Source: a virus. From it: 64,000 bases of DNA. The position numbers were made by a program, and so were the translations under genes. Numbering within the stretch: position 1 is the first letter of the stretch; every line of letters begins with the position of its first letter. The stretch is from positions 1-64,000 of IMG/VR virus record IMGVR_UViG_3300032753_002463; one strand, given 5' to 3'. Of the stretch, positions 9,137 to 19,509 are shown piece after piece. The notes below the pieces were generated by a model that worked only from the letters and a program-made list of their open reading frames with translations, was not told where the DNA came from and did not search any database.

Positions 9137-10663
9137 TTAGAACTTAACCTCGAAAATTTTGTATTCAAATTTCTCCCTTCTGTATATTTCTATACGTTCA
9201 AAACAATGTTTTAGTAAATAATTCATGCTATTCCCGGTAGAAAAATCATCAACAAAATCTATAATATTTACCTTCTCTTTACCTTCCAATTTTCTCATGC
9301 CCCTACCTAAGCTCTGCTTAATAAGAACTTCGGATTTGTAAGATTCGCACAAAAAAATATTATGCAGATTTTTAATTGATACCCCAGTAGAAAGAGTGCC
9401 AAAAGAAGCTACTAATATTTTATTTTCTCCTATTTCCATTAATCCCTTTACATAGTCACGATGGTTTGAATCCGTATCTCCGTCTATATAGTATACTTCT
9501 TTATTATTTTGTATTTCCCTAAGTTGATCATATATTCTTTTCCCATATCCATCTGCAACGGATTGGAATAGAACTAGAGAATTTTTACTGGTCTTTTTGA
9601 TAAAATTAACAACAAAATTAAGTCTCTTATCAGAGCTAACTACTAATTTCCTTTCAATATTAAAGACATCATTACCTTCTACATCGGTCTTATTTTTCCT
9701 TAGCTCTGCTAACTTCTCCTTAATGTCATCATCTAACCAATTCATTTTTACAACCTTAATAGAAACTGGTGTTGCATAGTTATTTTTAAATAAAAACTCC
9801 GGGCTAATCTCCATCACTAAAGGCCCAAGAAATTGTTGGATTGTTAAATATTCCGCAGTTTTTCTATTTGTTAATGTACCAGAAAGTCCAAAACGATATT
9901 TAGAATCTTTACATTTAGATATTACCTCCTTAATTGATTTACTAGAAGCTTGATGCGTTTCATCAACGAATACTGCTTCTACCCCTTCATAAAAGGACTC
10001 TTCTTGCTTAACAAGGGATTGATACGTTCCTATCATTAGACCAGAGGATTTTTTGTTTTTGTTACCCCCGTGGATCATTTGCAAGTCACATCCCATAACT
10101 TCTTCTAATCCATATTCTTCAAAATCCTCCGCACCCTGCATAATTAATGTAGTATTAGGAACAATCATTAAGAATTTATTAATACCTTTTACTATCTTTA
10201 AATAAGCAAGAACGATAAAAGCTATTAATGTTTTACCACTAGAGGTTGCTATTTCCAAAACGGAAAACTTAAATCTAATAATATTCCAAGCTGCCTTTAT
10301 CTGGTAATCATATGGTTTGAATTTTTTATCTAGAAAAAATTCATTTGCCCACTCAGTAAAAGATTCTAATGAAATTTCCCTATCTATTATTCTATCCAAT
10401 CCTTCTATCTCTAACTCAAGTTTATACTTTTCTGATATCTCCATTACCTCAGACCAAAGTCCAATTGGTATTTTCCAAATTGGTGATTTCTTATCTATAA
10501 AGCATATAGATCCATCCCACAGTCTTTTTTTAACCAATGGATGGAAATGAGCATTATGGATTTTTCTGGTTAAAGAAATTTCTAATTGTTTTCTTTCTAC
10601 TTCCTCAGTGTAATCAACTAATACTAAATTTTGTAAATCATCAGAAACTTTTAAATTTAACAT
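9137..10663 (-). CDS. uvsW: UvsW-like SF2 DNA helicase
   Basis: WDGSI N-terminal motif, PYDYQ Q-motif, ATSSGKT, VDETH, GLSGT, QSLGRGMR, IDFVDD. Confidence 0.9.
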   Translation of the reverse strand: MLNLKVSDDLQNLVLVDYTEEVERKQLEISLTRKIHNAHFHPLVKKRLWDGSICFIDKKSPIWKIPIGLWSEVMEISEKYKLELEIEGLDRIIDREISLESFTEWANEFFLDKKFKPYDYQIKAAWNIIRFKFSVLEIATSSGKTLIAFIVLAYLKIVKGINKFLMIVPNTTLIMQGAEDFEEYGLEEVMGCDLQMIHGGNKNKKSSGLMIGTYQSLVKQEESFYEGVEAVFVDETHQASSKSIKEVISKCKDSKYRFGLSGTLTNRKTAEYLTIQQFLGPLVMEISPEFLFKNNYATPVSIKVVKMNWLDDDIKEKLAELRKNKTDVEGNDVFNIERKLVVSSDKRLNFVVNFIKKTSKNSLVLFQSVADGYGKRIYDQLREIQNNKEVYYIDGDTDSNHRDYVKGLMEIGENKILVASFGTLSTGVSIKNLHNIFLCESYKSEVLIKQSLGRGMRKLEGKEKVNIIDFVDDFSTGNSMNYLLKHCFERIEIYRREKFEYKIFEVKF

Positions 10664-10700
10664 CTAAATTATTTATATTTGCGGTTTCCCCGCTAGACCT

Positions 10701-11135
10701 CTAAAGTTTAATTCCACTTAAATGGTCTTCCAATTTTATTCTCTCCTTTATCCCATATAACATATGGTCTATTGTTTTACCTGTATCATTTATGTAACTA
10801 ATTTGTCTATCCACCATTTCAACTAAATCCTTCAATTCAGCTAAGTCTCCATCAATTAAGACATTTTTTTCATTCGCACCATATAATTTATTCTCTCTTT
10901 CAGACCTCTGTATTAACTGATCTCTTTTCTTTTTTCTATATTCCATGGTAAGTTTTGCTAAAGCTTGCCCGAGTTTATGATTATGTTCCAATAATTTTTG
11001 TCTATCAGAAAATAGATCTATTTGAACTTCTGATATTTCACGAATATTTCTCATTCGCATAGACAACTCCTGAATTCTGGCGCTCCAAATTTTTGCCTCG
11101 TTAGAAAAAACCTCTTTAAAATCTTTCTGTTCCAT
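10701..11135 (-). CDS. UvsY-like recombination mediator
   Basis: 144 aa helical protein with EKNVLIDGD and TIDHMLYGIKERI, directly upstream of uvsW as in T4-like phages. Confidence 0.6.
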   Translation of the reverse strand: MEQKDFKEVFSNEAKIWSARIQELSMRMRNIREISEVQIDLFSDRQKLLEHNHKLGQALAKLTMEYRKKKRDQLIQRSERENKLYGANEKNVLIDGDLAELKDLVEMVDRQISYINDTGKTIDHMLYGIKERIKLEDHLSGIKL

Positions 11136-11371
11136 TATATTAATTCGTTACCTTTTTTCTTTCTTTTTTTAAAGCTAGTTTCTGTTACCTTCTTAGAATT
11201 ATCCTTTTTCTTAACCATTATTGGTTCAGTTTTAAATAAACCATCAAGGGAAAGGCTTTCAAGGGATGATTCAAATTCGAATTTGATATCTCCCTTTAAC
11301 ATTCCTAATTTCTTATCCAATTTATCATCACCGCCATTTAGTGATAATCCTTCTACTTTATACTTTGCCAT
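11135..11371 (-). CDS. hypothetical protein
   Basis: 78 aa, overlaps both neighbours (translational coupling). Confidence 0.6.
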   Translation of the reverse strand: MAKYKVEGLSLNGGDDKLDKKLGMLKGDIKFEFESSLESLSLDGLFKTEPIMVKKKDNSKKVTETSFKKRKKKGNELI

Positions 11372-12102
11372 TGATCAATAGTTTCTTTTTGGTTTTCCCA
11401 AGTTTCTAATCTAAATTCCGGATGAGATTCTTGGAATTCCTTCACCCATTTACAATAGTGTTCAAATACTTCATTTGTTGTATATCCATTCATATCTGCT
11501 GAATGCAGTGGAATATTATGTATCTCTTTATAGCTTTTCCAGAATTCCCACATAAAACTTGGTAAGGTTATCCAGTATGTTATTTCATCCTTACCATATA
11601 TTGTTATACTAACAATGGTTTTTTCTAATGCTAATATAGGATTCCATCCCCATTCTGACAAATGTGCTATTAATTTTCCCCTTTCCTCGCCAAATTTACT
11701 TTTGTCTGGAAATTTAGATGGAAATCTATGTACAAGATCATCCAAAAAAGAGTCCGGCATGGTTGCAGAATAAGGATAAATTAATTCTACCGATATTCCT
11801 TTCCTATCATCCTCCTTTATAAAAATAAATTCTCTATTACTAAAGATGGTTTGATTTTCGTGTCTTATATCAGAATATCCTTTAGTAGAAGTTAACACAG
11901 CTTCCTTCGTTACCTTCATTTGTTCTTCTGCAGAATATGGATAGGGAGAGCCTTTAAATCCATATTTAACCAAATATACTTCTTTTTTATAATCCTCTAC
12001 TTTTATTCTATTATACATGGATCGTATAAATTTAAAACCAGTACTATCCTTCCATGATTGGAAAGATGATTCTGGGGGTTCTTTGAAAAAATTCTCTGCC
12101 AT
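11353..12102 (-). CDS. hypothetical protein
   Basis: 249 aa ORF, no recognised motif. Confidence 0.7.
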   Translation of the reverse strand: MAENFFKEPPESSFQSWKDSTGFKFIRSMYNRIKVEDYKKEVYLVKYGFKGSPYPYSAEEQMKVTKEAVLTSTKGYSDIRHENQTIFSNREFIFIKEDDRKGISVELIYPYSATMPDSFLDDLVHRFPSKFPDKSKFGEERGKLIAHLSEWGWNPILALEKTIVSITIYGKDEITYWITLPSFMWEFWKSYKEIHNIPLHSADMNGYTTNEVFEHYCKWVKEFQESHPEFRLETWENQKETIDQWQSIK

Positions 12103-12165
12103 TCTTTATATTCATTAATACTTTTCATTTCCTTTCCTTTATTTCTATTTCAAAATTTTCTTTCT

Positions 12166-13011
12166 TCATAATCTATTTCGATTTTTAATCCTTGATTCAA
12201 TTCTTTTCTTTTCCCGAGCTTCTAATCTTCTATTAGTTTCTTCCAATCCATATTTCAGTATCATTTTCTCCTTTAAACTAATTCCCTTTCTTATATCTCC
12301 TCTCTCTTTATATCTTTTAGTAGCATTTTTTGAAATTTTTTCATTTCGCTCATCCCATTTTTTGTTTCCCCCTTCCTCCCCATACTTTTCAATTAATCCT
12401 TCTTTTGGCCTACTATCTCTTTTTTCAAAAAGATCTTTTTTCATCTTATCTGCTTCTTCCTTACCATATTTTTCTATCCACTTTTTGTAGAATGAAGTAC
12501 CATACATTGGATTTTTTTCTCCAGCATCTCTACCCTTCCTCTGTTCAGAAAATAATTCTTTTGTTTCTTCTGTATGTGGATGTTTTTTCCCAGTATTGCT
12601 TTTACTAATTTTTTTTCTTACCTCTTCTGTATTAGCTATCCTTAGTGCTTTAATATATTCCTCTCTTTTGATTGGATCCTTCCATCTTTCCTTTACTGCT
12701 CTCCCAATATTTTTTTTATGCTCTTCTGTTAATATTGTTCCTTGTGCTATTCCTTCACCCCCTAATCTGATATTATATCCTATTTTTGGATCAGTAGAAT
12801 TATAGAAAGCAATCCAATAAATTTCTTTCTCACAGAGGATTTCATTATTTTCTGCACGATCGATAACATCCTTCTTAAAATTTACTATACCATATTTCTT
12901 TATTGCTCTTTTAATAAGTTTGCCGGAGCCAAAATATTTAGGATTTGAACTTGTATCCTTTCCTATATAAATTTTATTATTTACAAGATTAGTTATTTTA
13001 TATATTTCCAT
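12166..13011 (-). mobile_element. free-standing GIY-YIG (Seg-like) homing endonuclease gene
   Basis: Likely start ATG 13011: MEIYKITNLVNNKIYIG...YFGSG...KKYG...NF...GYNIRLGG; NUMOD3-like LTEEHKKNIG and HTEETKELFS, GEKNPMYG; three EKYGxEE-like repeats. Confidence 0.88.
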
Positions 13012-13013
13012 AA

Positions 13014-14063
13014 CTATATATATATCATATCCCAAACGGAAGAGCTCCAGTAGTTTTCTAAATTTTTAATCTTCATATTATTCTCATGGGCATAAATTAC
13101 TACATCATTCAAATCCCATTTATCCCTTTCTGGAAATCCATTTTCTTGTAAGAACTTCTTCCACAAAAAAACACTTTCCCCATCTGTTAATAGTTTTTGA
13201 GATTTTTCCCTTCCTGAACTATCACTATCCAAGAAATATCTTTTATCTATTACATCAAAAGGAAATGTATTATTGATAGAACACAGTCCTACTGAATTTC
13301 TATAAAGGAAACTATCGAAGGGACCTTCAAAAATAGTAATTGGATCTTCCAAATTTAAAGTGGAAAATCCAAAGACGCAAGAAACTGGATCAAGTTCACT
13401 AGCCTTTTCTATGATGGCTGCATCTCTTTCCTTAAATAAGTTTTTATAAATACCGCTAAGCCTATATGTATAGTACTTGTTAACGGCACCTTTGTTCATA
13501 TTTTTAATTTGGAGGCCAAGTACATGTTCTCCATTAGCAGTCAAATTTAATAAAAACATTGACTTCTTTCTCGGTTCCCATAAAAACCTTTCATCGGGTT
13601 CCTGATACCTCTTTCTTAGATATTCCTTAGCTCCGAGGGGGAGTTCAATAAGACCCAATTTTTTCTTTAAATAATCCCGTGTTGGGATTATTTCTTTATA
13701 CACCTCTAATAAAAATACATCTATACTCCCAGCATGTTTTTTAGCATTACGTTTTGTTTTACCAATTTCTATAATTTCTGATATTTGGTCTGGACTAATT
13801 ATATTACCCAGTTCAAAATCTTTCAAAAAACTATACAAATCTCGAAACACACTACACCCACCATTATAACACTTAAAAGAGAGGCTCTCTGTATACAGAT
13901 TGCCTCTCTTTTTTCGTGCTTCAGCTGAGTCGCCACAATACGGACAGGAGAAATTTAAACGTCCGCTACTTACGTAGATTTTTTGTTTTTGAGTATTACC
14001 TGGAAAGGCATTCTCTAAAACCTTCTTGACCATTCCTTTCAAATTCTCTATTGAGAAACTCAT
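13014..14063 (-). CDS. DNA primase (T4 gp61-like)
   Basis: Zn finger CPYCGDS...KRGNLY...FKCYNGGC; TOPRIM IFEGPFDS, FLDSDSSG, KWDLND. Confidence 0.9.
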   Translation of the reverse strand: MSFSIENLKGMVKKVLENAFPGNTQKQKIYVSSGRLNFSCPYCGDSAEARKKRGNLYTESLSFKCYNGGCSVFRDLYSFLKDFELGNIISPDQISEIIEIGKTKRNAKKHAGSIDVFLLEVYKEIIPTRDYLKKKLGLIELPLGAKEYLRKRYQEPDERFLWEPRKKSMFLLNLTANGEHVLGLQIKNMNKGAVNKYYTYRLSGIYKNLFKERDAAIIEKASELDPVSCVFGFSTLNLEDPITIFEGPFDSFLYRNSVGLCSINNTFPFDVIDKRYFLDSDSSGREKSQKLLTDGESVFLWKKFLQENGFPERDKWDLNDVVIYAHENNMKIKNLENYWSSSVWDMIYI

Positions 14064-14089
14064 ACACCATACTATTTAAACGTTTGGAA

Positions 14090-15052
14090 TTAAAGGTCAG
14101 CGTAAAGATCTTCTAAACTGGAAGTTGCAGAAGCTTTACCACCCTTTTTAGCTGGTGCTTCCTCAAACTGAGATTCTTCTAAGCCTGCTCCAGCTAATAG
14201 ATCTTCCCTTGAAGAAGATACTTCTTCCCTTGGAGCTGAATATGATGTCTTGTTACTAACACCAGCGGAAGAAAGAATATCTGAAATTATCCTGCCATCT
14301 GGTACAAGATTACGAATAATAGCCATTATCTTTTCCCTGTCTTCTTCAGACCATTCCTTGTAATCATACTTTACAAGATCACTTGGGCCTGTCTTAAGGT
14401 AATCAACAAAAAGTTTGCTACCAGCCTCTGTCTTTTCAAGAGGCTTTCCGTTAATAACGATTGGTTCCCTTTCACCAACAAATTGGCATAAGTCATAGTT
14501 GTTCCAGTCTCCAACTTTTCTTACATGAAGCAAGAAATTTTTGCCTTCTATTGGATCGAATGGTTTACAAGGGGTACCAAATTCTGGTTTGATCTGTTGT
14601 TCTATCAAATCATTTACCTTCTTCCCAAATTTGAAAATCATGATCTTACCTTCTAGTTCTTGATGATTTTTATCCTGAACTACCTGGATAAGTGCATAAT
14701 AATCTTCCTTACGAGAAAAAGATTTTGATAATTCCTGATCCTTTGCAGATGGAGAGTTCTTCAACTTCCAATAAATGTCCTTCAGGATGGACTTTTTACC
14801 CACAGTTGTTGGACAATCCGCAACAAAAGTCTTGTTGTCAACTGGATCTTTTAACCAAACGTAATACTTGTGGATCTTAGATTTCTTCAGATTGAAGACA
14901 TTAGGGACGAAGCGTATTAACGCTTTATAGACGCCGTCTTTACCTAATTCTGGGTAAGGTTTGTAGATGTTCTCATCCGCACCACCCTTTTCGATTACCG
15001 GGTTCAAAAATTCTTCATGGTCTAAATTGAAGATGTCGAAATTGTTTTCCAT
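14090..15052 (-). CDS. single-stranded DNA-binding protein (T4 gp32-like)
   Basis: ALIRFVP, DCPTTVG, VVQD...EGKIMIFKFGKK, PFDPIEGKNF, acidic tail LEDLYADL. Confidence 0.9.
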   Translation of the reverse strand: MENNFDIFNLDHEEFLNPVIEKGGADENIYKPYPELGKDGVYKALIRFVPNVFNLKKSKIHKYYVWLKDPVDNKTFVADCPTTVGKKSILKDIYWKLKNSPSAKDQELSKSFSRKEDYYALIQVVQDKNHQELEGKIMIFKFGKKVNDLIEQQIKPEFGTPCKPFDPIEGKNFLLHVRKVGDWNNYDLCQFVGEREPIVINGKPLEKTEAGSKLFVDYLKTGPSDLVKYDYKEWSEEDREKIMAIIRNLVPDGRIISDILSSAGVSNKTSYSAPREEVSSSREDLLAGAGLEESQFEEAPAKKGGKASATSSLEDLYADL

Positions 15053-15091
15053 AATTTTTCTAAATTGTTTTTATTAATTAAATTGTTTCAA

Positions 15092-15144
15092 ATTATACTT
15101 AAAGTGCACTGAAAGTTTCAAATTGATTTTATACTCTATATATC
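15092..15144 (-). promoter_or_regulatory. tandem promoters for the SSB/primase operon: GATATATA (15137-15144) and GAAAC-N17-TATAAT (15092-15119)
   Basis: Both recurrent motifs occur in this single intergenic region. Confidence 0.6.
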
Positions 15145-15155
15145 TTTTTATTTCT

Positions 15156-15821
15156 CTATTTTTTCTTATTTTGTAAAAAATTTTCACCAAAAAGAGAGAT
15201 CCAAATAGCATCAATTAAGTCATTACAAGGGGATACTACATCTTTACTACCCTTTATCCAAAACTCCTTGTTTTCACTAAGAAGTTTTTGAAAACTCTTT
15301 ATTCTTATATCGTCTTTCAGCAAAATTGTTTCATACAATTCATTCTTTTTTGCATTGCCCTTTAATGCAAACTTTTTAATCGAAGATGGAGAGAAAACGT
15401 AAAAATTTGCAGATGGAATAATGGACATTATCCTCTCTCTTAATAACGCGGTAGCCATAGAAATATCTATTAAAGAATTCCCAGTACTACCAAAACTAAT
15501 ACCCTCCATAAAAATATAGCTTGTCTTATCCAAATAAGGCCGCATCATATTGAAAAAGATATCGGCCCTTTCTATAAAATTTTCTATCTTATTCCTTTCT
15601 ACTTCATGATATTCACCGCTAGGCTGAATTTTTTCTAATATAGTTAAATCAAGATTTTTGAAATTTACTAATTCTTTTATAGATCTATCCTTTCTATTCA
15701 TTAATTTTTCTTGGGTATCGGAAGATCTATATAATGAACCTAAATAAATATCAGACGAGCTTAAAGAACAAAATGCAGCACTATTTAGGGAAAAATCTAT
15801 TCCCATTATTTTACATTCCAT
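15156..15821 (-). CDS. RuvC-like Holliday junction resolvase
   Basis: IMGIDFSLNS, FMEGISFGS, SPSSIKKFALKGNAKK, DLIDAIWI (RNase H fold acidic residues). Confidence 0.8.
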   Translation of the reverse strand: MECKIMGIDFSLNSAAFCSLSSSDIYLGSLYRSSDTQEKLMNRKDRSIKELVNFKNLDLTILEKIQPSGEYHEVERNKIENFIERADIFFNMMRPYLDKTSYIFMEGISFGSTGNSLIDISMATALLRERIMSIIPSANFYVFSPSSIKKFALKGNAKKNELYETILLKDDIRIKSFQKLLSENKEFWIKGSKDVVSPCNDLIDAIWISLFGENFLQNKKK

Positions 15822-15824
15822 AAA

Positions 15825-16376
15825 TTATCCTATTTCTAAAGTGGTCTGGACATAATTACATTTAAATCCCACCTGAAAGACCGAAAATTCAGGGGTTGTA
15901 GAAGAGTAATTTAATTGAACCTCTGATAATGATGTAAATATTGATTGCTGAAATATATTAGAAGCCATAACAACCCCATTATTATCTAGTAATCTTAAAA
16001 TCATATCAGGTAAATATTCAGCCTTATTTTGGAAATCAAGAAATTCAACTATACAATCATACATAATCCAATAATTAATAAAGCCTTCTCCTAATTTAAA
16101 AGAAATGGTAAAATCCCTTCTTATTAAGTTTTGTAATGTTGTAGATGATTTATAGCTCTGTGTAAAACCACCAGGCCTTGTTTGTATTGCATGATCAATT
16201 AATGTTAGAGTAGGGAAAGAAATTTGTTGAATTGTTGAATTCATAAAATCCCTTAATGTCTCATATGGGATTGGCATTCTTTTTATATAACCAATATATT
16301 TTTTCTCCAATGCCTTACTAAAAAATCCTTTTGGAAATTGGAAAAAAAATGAATTTTGTCTAGCATTTATTAACAT
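15825..16376 (-). CDS. tail tube terminator / completion protein (T4 gp3-like tube fold)
   Basis: QQISFP...FTISFKLGEGFINYWIMYD...LRLLDNNG...FTSLSEVQLNY...FQVGF follows the gp3/gp19 pattern. Confidence 0.55.
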   Translation of the reverse strand: MLINARQNSFFFQFPKGFFSKALEKKYIGYIKRMPIPYETLRDFMNSTIQQISFPTLTLIDHAIQTRPGGFTQSYKSSTTLQNLIRRDFTISFKLGEGFINYWIMYDCIVEFLDFQNKAEYLPDMILRLLDNNGVVMASNIFQQSIFTSLSEVQLNYSSTTPEFSVFQVGFKCNYVQTTLEIG

Positions 16377-16389
16377 GATGATTATTTAT

Positions 16390-18738
16390 TTATATTGAAA
16401 ATGATGGAGGTACTTGCGAAGATGATTGAGCATTGGAAACAGCAGTAATTGTACCAGTTGTTGGTCCAAGGCCTAAGTAATTAGCATAGTTTAAATATCC
16501 GGTTTGAGCTATTCCATTTATATTTGGATGAACCCTTAAAACAGCTGACAAAAATATTTGTTTGGTTATTCCTTTATATGTATTATATCCAGGTCTACCA
16601 GGAACTGTATAATAGTCTGTTATATCCTGATAGGTTTTTCCTAATGCCTCGTCGCCCGCTACAGAATTAGCTAATGCAGTTATATCAATATTCGGAGCTG
16701 GTGGGTTAACAGCAACTACTGGTGCTGCGATGGAAGCTGGATTAACTGCTACCAAAGGAGCAGTATTAGTAGGCACAATATTTTTAAATATACTGTCCTT
16801 ACTTGTATCAAATGTAGTTTTAATATTACTAGTTAGAACATTTACATTTGCAGTAGCGAGTAAGTTATTAGCTGATACGTTAAGAATAGGGGCAGTTTCA
16901 CCAGAAATCTTTGAAATACTCGCTTTGCCAGAACTTCCTGCTGATCCTGCTGATCCAACGGAAGAAGTAGCTGCATTTTTTAATGCCCTTTCACTTGGTA
17001 GAAGCCATGTCCCATAATATATAGAAGTTTCTATGCCATTCGGTGATAAAGATGTTATAAAAAAATCCCTATTAGAATACCCCTGTATAGTTTTTGAATC
17101 TGCTTCTACTACCCTAAATCCTATTTGACCTTTACTGGGATTTTGAAACGTAGCATCTGTTAAACTAGCAACTCTGAGTTGATTTCCGTTATCCCCCGTG
17201 AATACCATAAAATAATTGGAATTGTTTCCTAAATCTAATATAGTATTTTCAGCACCTGGATTATTATTGAATACTCTAAAACTATAATAATTATCGAAAG
17301 GATTTACAATAATTTGTAAACTCCCTTGCCCGTAAGCTATAGTTGAACTAACACCAGAGGATTGACCACTACTACTAACAATATTAGCAATTGTTAAATT
17401 TTGTTCTGATATACTAATATTTCCATACTCAAAAAATGCAGGTACATATTTAGTTACTACGCTATTTATGGGATTAACATTTATATTATAAGCACTAGTT
17501 ATATCAGAAGATTGAGTTATTTTGTTATAAACCTTTAATGGATATGGATCATTTCTAAGTTGTATCTTATTTAAGCCAGCACCATATAAAGAAACTTCGG
17601 TAGATGTAACACTTGCAGTTCTGAGTATACTTGTATTAGTAACCTTATTTACTAAACTAACATTATAATCTATAGTAAATGAAGTAGATCTAGAATTCAT
17701 AACAATCGGCCTGAAAATTAAAGGCGCATCAAATCCAGAGGTTTGTATAGTTTGGAACCTAGATGTTTCTATTAAACTTAATCCTAACTGTTCGGATACT
17801 ATAATCTCATTTACTACATAATAAAGATTCCCTAATGAGTTCTCAGTGTATACAAACTGATCAATAAATTCCCCTTGCCAAGTTGGATAATATTCCCAAT
17901 AATTTAATGACGTATTTTCATTTAAAACCGCGGCCAAATAAGCATATTCATCACTAGGATTTAATACTGCGGTATTAACTAGATTAGTTATATAGGTATA
18001 ATATCCATTAACTTGCGTAGTTGTAGTTATCTCATACGAAGTAATATTAAAAGGAGTACCAGTTGCAAATCCACCACCATTAGAACTTATTAGGGCAGCT
18101 AAAGTTTCTGCTTGTGTAGCAGGAGACCCAGATTGTGTATTAAATTCTAAACACATATCATATAGTGCAGGAATCTTAACTTCAACATACTTATCAAATA
18201 TAGATCCATTATAATAAATCTGGTCTGAATTGATAGTAACTGTACTATTAATATTGCTCTTTTCTACTACAATCTGCGCAACAACACTATTTATACCACT
18301 ATTCTCCTTATACTTAATCTGTAATATAACCCCATCTATACCAGGAAAATTATAACCGCTTAAAAAGTGAAATCTAACAGTATCATATTGAACTACTATA
18401 TTGCTGGGAAAAGTAACTGCTATATTTGCAGTTGGTGTTAACTTATTATTGTAATCTAGATATTGTGTAATATAATTAATATCCAGATCAACAAAGGTAC
18501 TATCGGATATTTGAACTGCACTAGTCTCTCTAGTATTCCCTGTTATATCAACGTCGCTTAAACTATTTAATATCTGGACATTATTATAATATCCATTATA
18601 AATTTTTTCAAATCCAACAGTAGTAGGACCAAAATTAACAGGATATTCCTCTAATGTTGGTAAACTCGTGTACATATATTCCATTAAAACATATGGAAGT
18701 ATATTTATAAATTTACTCGTTGATGTGTAACTCGCCAT
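16390..18738 (-). CDS. putative virion structural protein
   Basis: 782 aa, N/T/S-rich and beta-type, late motif upstream, in the structural block. Confidence 0.6.
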   Translation of the reverse strand: MASYTSTSKFINILPYVLMEYMYTSLPTLEEYPVNFGPTTVGFEKIYNGYYNNVQILNSLSDVDITGNTRETSAVQISDSTFVDLDINYITQYLDYNNKLTPTANIAVTFPSNIVVQYDTVRFHFLSGYNFPGIDGVILQIKYKENSGINSVVAQIVVEKSNINSTVTINSDQIYYNGSIFDKYVEVKIPALYDMCLEFNTQSGSPATQAETLAALISSNGGGFATGTPFNITSYEITTTTQVNGYYTYITNLVNTAVLNPSDEYAYLAAVLNENTSLNYWEYYPTWQGEFIDQFVYTENSLGNLYYVVNEIIVSEQLGLSLIETSRFQTIQTSGFDAPLIFRPIVMNSRSTSFTIDYNVSLVNKVTNTSILRTASVTSTEVSLYGAGLNKIQLRNDPYPLKVYNKITQSSDITSAYNINVNPINSVVTKYVPAFFEYGNISISEQNLTIANIVSSSGQSSGVSSTIAYGQGSLQIIVNPFDNYYSFRVFNNNPGAENTILDLGNNSNYFMVFTGDNGNQLRVASLTDATFQNPSKGQIGFRVVEADSKTIQGYSNRDFFITSLSPNGIETSIYYGTWLLPSERALKNAATSSVGSAGSAGSSGKASISKISGETAPILNVSANNLLATANVNVLTSNIKTTFDTSKDSIFKNIVPTNTAPLVAVNPASIAAPVVAVNPPAPNIDITALANSVAGDEALGKTYQDITDYYTVPGRPGYNTYKGITKQIFLSAVLRVHPNINGIAQTGYLNYANYLGLGPTTGTITAVSNAQSSSQVPPSFSI

Positions 18739-18742
18739 TTTT

Positions 18743-18750
18743 TATATATC
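18743..18750 (-). promoter_or_regulatory. putative late promoter GATATATA
   Basis: GGGATATATAAAAA-ATG. Confidence 0.6.
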
Positions 18751-18756
18751 CCTTAT

Positions 18757-19509
18757 TTACCAGGTCAAAAGATTATACTGAATACCAACTCCTATATAAA
18801 TTCCAGTTTTCGCCTGGGAAGTTATACCAACTCCACCCTGTATCCCTAATCCCCAATTTTTCTTTGGGAAGAAGGATTTTATAACATCAGATTTTTTTGG
18901 ATCTATTAAGGATCCATCTATTTTAGTAAATTGTAAATCCGGGTAATCAGATCTTAAAAATATACGTAATTTATCATTCTCTTCCTGTAATCCTGTAATA
19001 ATATTGAATCCCGTATTATCCTTATTTATTTTAGTTTTTAGTATCTTAACATTCCTATTTTTATCTATATTAATAGTTGTAACTACTAATAATTTCTTAT
19101 AGTTATTACTATCATAATTAATAGTTAAACTGTCGGAAATTTCATAGGTAGTATCATTAACTTCTTTTATAGAACCAATAATTTGTTTTGTAGTATCAGA
19201 ATTAATTTTACCAGTCCCTGTTTCTATATAGATAACTTTTCCTTTTTCCTTTTTTACCTGATCATCTAAAGACTTATTCAGATCTTTAAGACCCCCATTT
19301 TCCGCTATTAATGCTTGCTTGCTAAATTCTATTTGGCCACTCTTATCTTTTTCTATTTTTACAGTATCCTTTAATGCTTGTAGATTGGAGAGATAGATTG
19401 CATTTTTATTGTTACTATCCTTTTTATCATTGCACTGTTTTAAATTTAGGAAGACTAATCCTAAAATAACAGCAGCTAGAACGAACATTATATTGATTGA
19501 CTTAAACAT
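18757..19509 (-). CDS. membrane-anchored coiled-coil protein with a C-terminal amphipathic beta-hairpin (spanin-like candidate)
   Basis: Likely start ATG 19509: MFKSINIMFVLAAVILGLVFLNL (TM); coiled coil; ends WGLGIQGGVG...GIYIGVGIQYNLLTW. Confidence 0.6.
   Translation of the reverse strand: MFKSINIMFVLAAVILGLVFLNLKQCNDKKDSNNKNAIYLSNLQALKDTVKIEKDKSGQIEFSKQALIAENGGLKDLNKSLDDQVKKEKGKVIYIETGTGKINSDTTKQIIGSIKEVNDTTYEISDSLTINYDSNNYKKLLVVTTINIDKNRNVKILKTKINKDNTGFNIITGLQEENDKLRIFLRSDYPDLQFTKIDGSLIDPKKSDVIKSFFPKKNWGLGIQGGVGITSQAKTGIYIGVGIQYNLLTW

Noticed and set aside
10681-10693. Small GC hairpin GCGG-GGAAA-CCGC (minus strand) containing GAAAC upstream of uvsW
   Set aside because: The stem is only 4 bp with no T-tract, and there is no TATAAT at the 17-19 nt spacing, so it cannot be called a terminator or promoter
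12166-14063. Possible group I intron splitting the primase and carrying the GIY-YIG ORF
   Set aside because: The primase looks complete (Zn finger, TOPRIM, KWDLND), the downstream ORF is not primase-like, and the flanks are too short for an intron core
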